From Pseudomonas sp. (GTDB lineage Bacteria; Pseudomonadota; Gammaproteobacteria; Pseudomonadales; Pseudomonadaceae): a stretch of 64,000 bases of DNA. The first letter of the stretch is position 1, and each line of letters opens with the position of its first letter. Shown one piece after another: positions 28,818-36,779 of the stretch. The stretch lies in NCBI RefSeq assembly GCF_030603065.1, contig NZ_JAUVYN010000002.1, one strand, 5' to 3'. The position numbers and the translations under genes are program-made. The notes under the pieces were generated by a model. That model was not told the origin of the DNA, ran no database searches, and worked only from the letters and a program-made list of their open reading frames with translations.

Positions 28818-29861
28818 ATGCACGAGTCGGTACAGAACTATTATGGCAAGGTCCTGCAGAGCACCGGTGACCTGAAGACCAGCGCCTGTTGTGACGCAAG
28901 CAGTGTTCCGGACTGGCTCAAGCCGTTACTCGCCCGGGTTCACCCTGAGGTGAGCGCACGCTATTACGGCTGCGGCCTGGTAGCACCCGCGCTGCTCGAA
29001 GGTTGCCGGATACTCGATCTGGGGAGCGGCTCGGGGCGTGACTGCTATGTGCTGGCGCAACTGGTCGGGGCAGAGGGTTCGGTGCTGGGGGTGGACATGA
29101 CTGCCGAGCAGCTCGAAGTCGCCAATGCCCACCTGGACTATCATGCCGAGCGCTTCGGATATGCCAATGTCGGGTTTCGCCATGGCTACATAGAGGACCT
29201 GGCCGCACTGGGGCTCGCTGATGCCAGCTTCGACGTGATCGTGTCGAACTGCGTGATCAATCTGTCCCCGGACAAGGACAGCGTGCTACGTGAAGCCTAT
29301 CGGCTGCTTAAGCCGGGTGGGGAACTGTACTTCTCGGACGTCTACGCCGATCGCCGCCTGGCTGACGAGTTGCGTCAGGATGAGGTGCTGTACGGCGAAT
29401 GTCTGGGAGGTGCCCTGTACTGGAACGATTTCGAGAATCTGGCCCGGCGTCATGGGTTCGCCGACCCGCGCCTGGTCGAGGATCAGCCCATCAGCGTGAC
29501 CGACCCTGTGCTGGCCGCAAAGCTTGGGGATGCCCGGTTCTTCTCCGCGACCTATCGGCTGTTCAAGCTCGATGGCCTGGAGCCGGCCTGTGAAGACTAC
29601 GGTCAGGCGGTCATCTACAAAGGCAGCGTTGCTGGTGCGGAGCATGCCTTCGTGCTGGACAAGCACCACCGTATTGAAACCGGCCGGGTGTTCCCGGTGT
29701 GTGGCAATACCTGGCGCATGCTGAAGGAGACACGCTTCGCTGAGCACTTTCAGTTCATCGGTGATTTCAGTCGACACTATGGATTGTTCGAGGGGTGCGG
29801 CGGCGGGTTGCCGTTCGATCAAGGTGTGACGGCGGCCGGCCAACCTGCAGCCTGCTGCTGA
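28818..29861 (+). CDS. arsM: Arsenite S-adenosylmethionine methyltransferase-like protein
   Basis: The SAM motif is ILDLGSGSGRD. Cysteines sit at ArsM-typical positions (TSACCDAS, YYGCGL, SNCVINL, GECLGGAL). 347 aa. Confidence 0.75.
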   Translation: MHESVQNYYGKVLQSTGDLKTSACCDASSVPDWLKPLLARVHPEVSARYYGCGLVAPALLEGCRILDLGSGSGRDCYVLAQLVGAEGSVLGVDMTAEQLEVANAHLDYHAERFGYANVGFRHGYIEDLAALGLADASFDVIVSNCVINLSPDKDSVLREAYRLLKPGGELYFSDVYADRRLADELRQDEVLYGECLGGALYWNDFENLARRHGFADPRLVEDQPISVTDPVLAAKLGDARFFSATYRLFKLDGLEPACEDYGQAVIYKGSVAGAEHAFVLDKHHRIETGRVFPVCGNTWRMLKETRFAEHFQFIGDFSRHYGLFEGCGGGLPFDQGVTAAGQPAACC

Positions 29862-29869
29862 TTGGTTGG

Positions 29870-32191
29870 TCAACCGAACAGGTCCTGTATCGGCGCGCCG
29901 ATGGCGGGCTCCTTCTGCGCTGCCTTGTGGCGGCAGAACTGCGGTTGCCACCAGCCGGGCAGAAGCGCGCGGCTGGCTGGCTGGGCGAAGCGGTCGTCGA
30001 GCAGCCACACGACGCCCTTGTCATCGGTCGATCGAATGACTCGACCCGCCGCCTGTACCACTTTCTGTAATCCCGGATAGAGATAGGCGTAATCGTAGCC
30101 CTGGCCGAACATCGCCTGCATTCGCGCGCGAATTTCTTCGTTTATCGGGTTGAGCTGGGGCAGCCCCAGCGTTGCGATAAAGGCGCCGATAAGCCTGTCA
30201 CCGGGCAGGTCGATCCCCTCGCCGAAGGCCCCTCCCAGTACGGCAAAGCCGATTCCCCGGGAAACCTGGGTGAAGCGTTCGATAAAAGCCTGGCGTTCCT
30301 GCTCGTTCATGTCGCGCGACTGCTCCCAAACCGGGATTGCAGGGTAACGGCGGCGAAAATCGTCAAGCGCCTGCTGCAGATAGGCATAGCTGCTGAAAAA
30401 CGCCAGGTAATTGCCCGGTTGTGTCTGGAACTGCTGCGCCATGATGTCCGTTATGCTGGCCAGACTGGCAGCCCTGTGCTGGTAACGTGTCGACACATTG
30501 GTGACGATGTGTACCTGCAGCTGTTCGGCAGCGAAGGGTGATTCCACGTCGATCCAACTGGCGCCTTCCGGCAGTCCCAGCAGATCGGCATAGTAACGCT
30601 GGGGACTGAGCGTGGCGGAAAACAGTGTGGTGCTGTGGGCAGCGGCGAAGCGTGGAGCGAGGAAGGGGGCTGGGCTGATATTGCGCAGGCACAGCGTGGA
30701 CCGTGTGCGACCCCTTTCCATGCGATGGCGCGTTATGTCGAACAGCGAATGGGGTCCATAGGCCTCGGCCAGGCGACAGAACAGCATGGCGTCCAGGTAG
30801 AAGCGCAACAGCCCGGCGTCGTTGCCGGTCGGTTGATCTGTGAGGTGGTCGGTGATAGCGCTCACGGCCTTTTGCAGTGAGAGGATGAACAGATCAGCCA
30901 CCGCCGGGTAGATCTGATAATCGACCGTCTGATCGCGATGCAGCTGGTTCCAGTGGCGGTTGACTCGGTCGAGCGGGGCGCTCAGGCCCTTTGGCGCTAC
31001 CTTGCGCAGCGCGGTAAAGACACCCTGGTCCAGCTCGCCTGTGTACATGCCGCGCGCCCGCTCCACCAGGTTATGAGCTTCGTCCACCAGTAGGGTCACC
31101 CGCCAGTCATTGAGCACCGTGAGTCCGTAGAGCAGGGCGGTCATGTCAAAGTAGTAGTTGTAATCGCACACCACCACGTCGGCCCAGCGGCATAGCTCCT
31201 GACTCAGATAGTAGGGACAGATGCCATGCTCCAGTGCGACGTCACGGACCGCCTGCTGATTCAGCCAGCGCCTCTGCAGGGCAGCGCTGCGGGCCGCGGG
31301 CAGACGGTCGTAGAAGCCCTGGGCAAGGGGGCATGATTCGCCATGACAGGCGCGATCCGGGTATTCGCATGCCTTGTCGCGCGCGACATGCTCGAGGATG
31401 CGTAGCGGTAGTGCGGCCGAATCTCCCTGCAGGGTCCGTAGTGCATCCAGCGCCAGCCTGCGTCCCGGAGTCTTGGCGGTCAGGAAGAACAGGCGGTCCA
31501 GATCCTGGCCGGGGAAGGCTTTGAGCTGCGGGAACAGGGTCGCCAGGGTCTTGCCGATGCCCGTTGTCGCCTGGGCCATCAGCGTGCGGCCGTCGCGGGC
31601 GGCACGATAAACCGCCTCGGCGAGCTGACGCTGGCCACGCCTATACGTGGGGTAGGGAAAACGCAGGGCTTCCAGCGAGTCGTTGCGTGCTAGCCGATGG
31701 GCCTCTTCCTGTTCGGCCCATGCCACAAAGCGGCTGCACTGAAGTTCGAAAAACGCCTTCAGCGACTCGGCGCTGAAGCGCTCGCGAAACACTGTTTCCT
31801 TCTGGCTGATGACATTGAAATAGACGATCGCCAGATCCAGCTCGTCCAGCTCCCGCTCTGCGCAGAGCAGCCAGCCGTATACCTTGGCTTGCGCCCAGTG
31901 CAGCAGTCGATGATTTTGGGGGATCCGTGAAACGTCGCCCCGGTGGGTTTTTATCTCCTCAAGCAGATTCTGGACAGGGTCATAGCCGTCGGCGCGCCCA
32001 GCCACAAGCAGCCCGGGATAGCTGCCAGCCAGTGTGACTTCGGTTTCATAGCCCGCCCCGCGACGGCTGGTGACGGTGCGGTGCCCGGCTATGCCCTCCT
32101 GGGGAGTGGGGGCGGGCGTGAAGCGCAGGTCCAGGTCGCCCTCCTTGGCGGTGAATTCGCACAGCGCGCGTACCGCCACCCGGTATCTCAC
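29870..32191 (-). CDS. ATP-dependent Fe-S DNA helicase of the XPD/DinG/Rad3 family with an N-terminal PD-(D/E)XK nuclease-like domain
   Basis: The N-terminal motif is GRADGYDP...LLEEIKT. Walker A is ATTGIGKT and the DEAH box is LVDEAHNL. The Cys cluster is CEYPDRACHGESC...ICPYY. The C-terminal motif is VVQAAGRVIRS. A GTG start at 32191 forms a GTGA overlap with the upstream stop. The ORF-track start at 32245 is also a GTG and remains possible. Confidence 0.85.
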   Translation of the reverse strand: MRYRVAVRALCEFTAKEGDLDLRFTPAPTPQEGIAGHRTVTSRRGAGYETEVTLAGSYPGLLVAGRADGYDPVQNLLEEIKTHRGDVSRIPQNHRLLHWAQAKVYGWLLCAERELDELDLAIVYFNVISQKETVFRERFSAESLKAFFELQCSRFVAWAEQEEAHRLARNDSLEALRFPYPTYRRGQRQLAEAVYRAARDGRTLMAQATTGIGKTLATLFPQLKAFPGQDLDRLFFLTAKTPGRRLALDALRTLQGDSAALPLRILEHVARDKACEYPDRACHGESCPLAQGFYDRLPAARSAALQRRWLNQQAVRDVALEHGICPYYLSQELCRWADVVVCDYNYYFDMTALLYGLTVLNDWRVTLLVDEAHNLVERARGMYTGELDQGVFTALRKVAPKGLSAPLDRVNRHWNQLHRDQTVDYQIYPAVADLFILSLQKAVSAITDHLTDQPTGNDAGLLRFYLDAMLFCRLAEAYGPHSLFDITRHRMERGRTRSTLCLRNISPAPFLAPRFAAAHSTTLFSATLSPQRYYADLLGLPEGASWIDVESPFAAEQLQVHIVTNVSTRYQHRAASLASITDIMAQQFQTQPGNYLAFFSSYAYLQQALDDFRRRYPAIPVWEQSRDMNEQERQAFIERFTQVSRGIGFAVLGGAFGEGIDLPGDRLIGAFIATLGLPQLNPINEEIRARMQAMFGQGYDYAYLYPGLQKVVQAAGRVIRSTDDKGVVWLLDDRFAQPASRALLPGWWQPQFCRHKAAQKEPAIGAPIQDLFG

Positions 32192-33822
32192 GGCTCGGCC
32201 CAGCGCACGTAACAGACCTCGACCGGCATCCGGTGCTGAGCACACAGCGCGAGCCAGCGCCGCTGGTTATCCTGCAGGCGGTCGCCAGGGCCTTTCACTT
32301 CGATCATCCGGTAGCGCTTCTCGCCCGGCCAGAACTGGATCAGGTCGGGCATGCCGCAGCGGTTGGCGCGGATATCCAGCAACAGTCTCTCGAACCAGAT
32401 ACGCAGATGTGCCGAGGGCAGGCAAGCGAGCGCATGCTCGAGCAAAGCCTCATCCAGCAGATTCCAGAACACGAAGGGAGACTGAATGCCTTGTTTGTCA
32501 TGCCAGTTGCGGCGAATGGTGGTGCGGTAGGCATCGCTGTCTAGCTGGGCCATACAGGCATCGAAATGTTCCCGGCGACGTGCCCGAAAGTCGGGGCTGT
32601 ACAGATCCGCTGGCGCGCTGTGGAAGGGATGAAAGAACGCTCCAGGCAAGGGCGCGAAGATGGCTTCCCAGCAGAGCAGCCCGAACAGACTGTTGACCAG
32701 CGCGTTTTCCACGAAGTGCACCGGCGCCTGGTCCTCGTGCAAGTGGTCGCGCACGGCCCATTCGACCATACCCTGGGCGTTGGGCAGTACCAGATCGATG
32801 CGACTTTCCTGCGCCTTTGCGCGAGGCGGCACAGGTTTGCCGAGCTGGCGCAGGATACGCTGGTGGGCGCGCTGTACCAGTTGCTCTTCGGTATCGCTCT
32901 CAGGCGCATGCAATGCCTGTTCGACAAGACCCAGCGCCTGCTCCGGCCGCCCGCTGGTCTCCAATATCCGTATCTGTCGCTGGCGCGCACCGGGATACTG
33001 GCTCTGCGCATATAGCTCCAGCGCCGCATCGAGCGCGCCCTCGCGTTCCAGCTGGCGGGCCAGCTGGAAGCGGAACTTGCCCAGGCGGGTGACCAGTAGC
33101 GGGCTGGTGGGTTCGAGGCCGCTAATGAGATTCAGTACATCAGTTATCATTGCGCCTGCCTCGAAGGCTTCGCGGGCCTGATGCAGGCACAGGTGCGCCT
33201 CGATGTCGGCGCGGCAGGCGAAGCCTCTGGAGGCCGGATCGAGTGGCACGGTTTCGTATCGCAGGATGCCGAGTTCGGCGAGCACGAACTCCGACCAGTC
33301 CTGCCGCAGATTGCCGAAGAAGATCAGCCGCAGGGTGTCACACAGGGAGCCGACCACCAGGCTGTATAGGGGATCGTCCAGCTCCGGACACCAGTCGCTG
33401 AAGGGGCGCAATTCATCGTGCCGGATTTGCAGCTCTTCCTGCATTGCCGTCTTGGTGAGCCCCCGTAGCGCGAAATGACCGGAAAAGACCGTTGCCAGCT
33501 CCGCCCGCCTCAATAAACCGCACAGCTCGCTGATGTTCAGCGGCAGATCCGTACGTAGCCAGCCATGCTGGATGAGTGGCTCGGCGGCACGGGCGCAACA
33601 GCCGATTTCCGGATAGTTCAGGGCGCTATGGCGAAAGTGAGGTCCCTTGCGCAAAAGAAGGCGCGCGAGCAGGGCCTGACTTGCCGTGGGCAGGGCAGTG
33701 AAGCTGATTATGAAATCGCGTTCGGCAGCAGACAGCAGATCATCATAGCGCTCGGAGATCCAGCGCAGTGCGGTCAGAAAATTGCTCAGGTAGTAAAGCT
33801 CGGGAGCGAGAGCGGGCTGCAT
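32188..33822 (-). CDS. FAN1-like VRR-NUC domain nuclease
   Basis: 544 aa. The C-terminus GMPDLIQFWPGEKRYRMIEVKGPGDRLQDNQRRW is a VRR-NUC PD-(D/E)XK signature. The helical/TPR-like middle resembles the bacterial FAN1 architecture. Confidence 0.78.
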   Translation of the reverse strand: MQPALAPELYYLSNFLTALRWISERYDDLLSAAERDFIISFTALPTASQALLARLLLRKGPHFRHSALNYPEIGCCARAAEPLIQHGWLRTDLPLNISELCGLLRRAELATVFSGHFALRGLTKTAMQEELQIRHDELRPFSDWCPELDDPLYSLVVGSLCDTLRLIFFGNLRQDWSEFVLAELGILRYETVPLDPASRGFACRADIEAHLCLHQAREAFEAGAMITDVLNLISGLEPTSPLLVTRLGKFRFQLARQLEREGALDAALELYAQSQYPGARQRQIRILETSGRPEQALGLVEQALHAPESDTEEQLVQRAHQRILRQLGKPVPPRAKAQESRIDLVLPNAQGMVEWAVRDHLHEDQAPVHFVENALVNSLFGLLCWEAIFAPLPGAFFHPFHSAPADLYSPDFRARRREHFDACMAQLDSDAYRTTIRRNWHDKQGIQSPFVFWNLLDEALLEHALACLPSAHLRIWFERLLLDIRANRCGMPDLIQFWPGEKRYRMIEVKGPGDRLQDNQRRWLALCAQHRMPVEVCYVRWAEP

Positions 33823-33930
33823 GTCTCTTGAAGGGCTGGTCGATGCTGGTTGGCTATACAGTATTCTGCGCTGCCAAGGGCCGGCCTTCAAGCACTCAGC
33901 ATGGCGCGGGCGATAAAACCGACGGGCTGA

Positions 33931-34848
33931 TCAGGGGCAGGTGGGGACTGGGCAGGGAGTGGCGGTGGCAGTCGTACCTGCATCGAGAGCGCACTGGCGA
34001 GCCTGCGCTGCGGCCGCGTTGCAGCCCAGATGATCGAGTACGACAGAAAGATTGTTCCAGCCGGCGCCAAGTCCTGGATGTTCGGAGACCAGTTTTCGCA
34101 GTTCGGTTTCCGCATCGCGGGGGCGGTTGGACGACCAGGCGATGTTCCCCAACCCTAGCCGTGCTGCAGGCTGCTCGGGCCACCGCTGCAGCGCCGTGCG
34201 ATAGGCCATCGCTGCGGCGTCCAGGCGTCTCGTCTGCTCAAGGTCGCTGGCGGCCCGCAGAAAAGGCAAGGCTTCCGCGGTGGCCGGCAGGCGATCGGGC
34301 GGCATTATCACCCGGGCCCAGCGATCGGCCCTGTCCCAGGTGCGCATGAAGAGCTGGAAGGGCTCCTTCTGGGCCTCGTTCAAGCCACTGTGCACTAGCA
34401 GGGTTTGCTGGGGCAGGTCATAGCCGACCACTACCGCATAGTGCCACTGGGGCGCGAAATTGAACGCGAGATTCTGCATCACCAGTACCGGATTGCCGGC
34501 GGCGAGTTCGTACAGAATGGACTCGAGATTGCGCTCCAGAGGATACACCAGCAGGTCGCGTTCCCGCGCCGCGGCAACCATTTCAACCTGCAGGGAGCCC
34601 TGGCGCTCGGGAATATACACCCGATCCACCAGACTTTCAGGCGTATCGCCGAGGCCGCGCTGCTGCAGGGTCATTGCCAGGGCAGCAGGCCCGCACTGGT
34701 AGTCGTCCTGAGCATGGAACGGAACGTCGTCGAGCAGGATGCGCGGCGGCAGGTGCGTCAGTTGCTCAGGGTCGGGCAGAGCGATTGGTCGTCCTGCGCA
34801 GGCCGACAGCAAAAGTGTCAGCCCGAGCAGGAGGAGGGGACGCGTCAC
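33931..34848 (-). CDS. Lipoprotein C39-like cysteine peptidase with a C-terminal TPR region (PA2778-family-like)
   Basis: The lipobox is LLLSAC. The papain/C39-like catalytic motifs are QDDYQCGPAALAM and WHYAVVVGYD. The C-terminus has TPR-like repeats. GTG start. Confidence 0.75.
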   Translation of the reverse strand: MTRPLLLLGLTLLLSACAGRPIALPDPEQLTHLPPRILLDDVPFHAQDDYQCGPAALAMTLQQRGLGDTPESLVDRVYIPERQGSLQVEMVAAARERDLLVYPLERNLESILYELAAGNPVLVMQNLAFNFAPQWHYAVVVGYDLPQQTLLVHSGLNEAQKEPFQLFMRTWDRADRWARVIMPPDRLPATAEALPFLRAASDLEQTRRLDAAAMAYRTALQRWPEQPAARLGLGNIAWSSNRPRDAETELRKLVSEHPGLGAGWNNLSVVLDHLGCNAAAAQARQCALDAGTTATATPCPVPTCP

Positions 34849-34851
34849 CTT

Positions 34852-35259
34852 TTAGCGAGCGCAGTTCACGAAGCGATAGATGTTGGTCACGCAGAGGATG
34901 TCCGTCACCACGAACACCAGCAGGAACAGCACGATGACACCTACCACGCCGGCGCCGGCAGGGCCTTCTTCAAGCTGCGCGTTGAAGTGCGCAAGTTCCT
35001 GAGGCGTCAGACTGTCGATACGCTTTTCAACCTGGTCGGGCGAAACGCCCATGCTGGCCATCTTTTCCTGTACGGCCTGATCCGCCAGCATGGCTTTCAG
35101 TGCATCGCGGTCCACTTGATACTGCTGCTCCGCTAGTACCTCGTGGGTGCCGATCATGCTGGCAGCCGCCTGAGCATGGATGCTGGCCAGGCTGGTCAGC
35201 ATGAACACCGCGGTCAGCATGAGAGACACGTAACGCCGAGTGGATTGCATGAATGTCAT
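34852..35259 (-). CDS. Small secreted/membrane-anchored protein (PA2779-family-like)
   Basis: 135 aa. The signal peptide ends ...SIHAQA. It has a helical middle, a Gly/Ala-rich hinge (EEGPAGAG), a TM segment (VVGVIVLFLLVFVVTDIL) and a short Cys-containing tail. GGGAG is the RBS. Its stop lies 3 nt before the peptidase start. Confidence 0.65.
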   Translation of the reverse strand: MTFMQSTRRYVSLMLTAVFMLTSLASIHAQAAASMIGTHEVLAEQQYQVDRDALKAMLADQAVQEKMASMGVSPDQVEKRIDSLTPQELAHFNAQLEEGPAGAGVVGVIVLFLLVFVVTDILCVTNIYRFVNCAR

Positions 35260-35402
35260 ATGTACTACTCCCAGTTGTTCTTGGAACTGCTCCTACTGAA
35301 TCATTCGTCGGTGCCAAGGCACCAATCGGATGATAGCTCAGATCCGCAACGCGGATACCTATTTAAAGACCTGCCGCCCTGATTCTGGTTCCGGCCGCTT
35401 CG

Positions 35403-36683
35403 CTAGATGCCAAATCGGTCACGAATCTGGTAGTACCAAGCCCCCAGCGCGGTCAAGGGTACGCGCAGCAGTCTGCCGCCCGGGAACGGGTAATGGGGCA
35501 GGGCCGCGAAGGCGTCGAAGCGCTCCGCCTGTCCGCGTAGCGCTTCTGCAAGCACCTTGCCGGCAACATGGGTGAAGGTCACGCCATGCCCACTGCAGCC
35601 CTGTGAATAGTAGATATTGCTGCCGATGCGACCAACTTGCGGCAGTCGAGATAGGGTCAGTAGAAAATTGCCGGTCCAGGCATACTCGATCGGAACGCCC
35701 CTGAGTTGCGGGAAGGTGCGCTCCAGATTCGGTCTGACCAGAGCCTCGACATTGGCCGGATCACGTGCTCCGTAAACGACGCCGCCGCCGAAGATGAGCC
35801 GCTTGTCCGCAGAGAGCCGATAGTAGTCGAGCAAATAACTGCAATCCTCCACGCAGTAATCCTGCGGCAAGAGGCTGGATGCAAGTTCAGCGCCCAGGGG
35901 GGCGGTGGTCACCACCTGGGTGCCACAGGGCATCGACTTCGCGGACAGGGCTGGCAGGAGATCGCCAAGATAGGCATTACCCGCAACGATCACGAAGCGC
36001 GCCCGTACGCTGCCCTGCGAGGTACGCACCAGTGGGCGTTCGCCAGGCTCGATGGCGATGACCGGCGACTGTTCGTAAATGCTTCCGCCGAGAGATTCGA
36101 AGGCGGCGGCCTCGCCGAGCACCAGGTTCAGCGGATGGATGTGGCCACCGCTTTTGTCGAGCATGCCCCCGACGTACAGCTCAGTGGAAACGACCTGGCG
36201 GATGCCCTGGTTGTCCAGCAGCTCAAGCTGGTCATTGCCATAACGTTCCCACAATGACTTTTGGGCCTCGAGGTGCTTCATCTGCTTTGCAGTGAAGGCC
36301 GCAAAGACACCTCCGTCCTTGAGGTCGCAGCGGATTCCATAGGTATCGATCCTGTCGCGAATGATTCGGCCGCCCTCGAAGGCCATCTCTCCGAGCAGTT
36401 TCGCCTGGTGTGGGCCGAGGGTGCGCTCGATGGTGTCGATATCGCGACTATAGCTGTTGACGATCTGTCCGCCGTTACGGCCCGATGCGCCGAATCCGAC
36501 TCGCGCGGCCTCGAGCACCGTTACGCTGAAGCCGTGTTCGGCCAGAAACAGCGCCGCCGAGATACCGGTGAAACCGGCACCGACAACGCATACATCGGCT
36601 TCCAGCGCGCCCTGCAGGGCAGGTCGTGCCGGCGACGGGTTGGCGCTGGCAGCGTAATAGGACGCGATATGCTCAGTGGGCAT
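35403..36683 (-). CDS. FAD-dependent oxidoreductase (gamma-glutamylputrescine oxidase PuuB/PauB-like)
   Basis: The dinucleotide-binding motif is DVCVVGAGFTGISAAL. 426 aa, DAO family. Confidence 0.82.
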   Translation of the reverse strand: MPTEHIASYYAASANPSPARPALQGALEADVCVVGAGFTGISAALFLAEHGFSVTVLEAARVGFGASGRNGGQIVNSYSRDIDTIERTLGPHQAKLLGEMAFEGGRIIRDRIDTYGIRCDLKDGGVFAAFTAKQMKHLEAQKSLWERYGNDQLELLDNQGIRQVVSTELYVGGMLDKSGGHIHPLNLVLGEAAAFESLGGSIYEQSPVIAIEPGERPLVRTSQGSVRARFVIVAGNAYLGDLLPALSAKSMPCGTQVVTTAPLGAELASSLLPQDYCVEDCSYLLDYYRLSADKRLIFGGGVVYGARDPANVEALVRPNLERTFPQLRGVPIEYAWTGNFLLTLSRLPQVGRIGSNIYYSQGCSGHGVTFTHVAGKVLAEALRGQAERFDAFAALPHYPFPGGRLLRVPLTALGAWYYQIRDRFGI

Positions 36684-36779
36684 GACGGGGTACCTTGTTT
36701 GAAATACTTTACAGATGTGCCTGATCCTACCGTTCTCTGCAGTTGTTTGCTAGCGAGTGATCAGAAAAAACGACACTGG

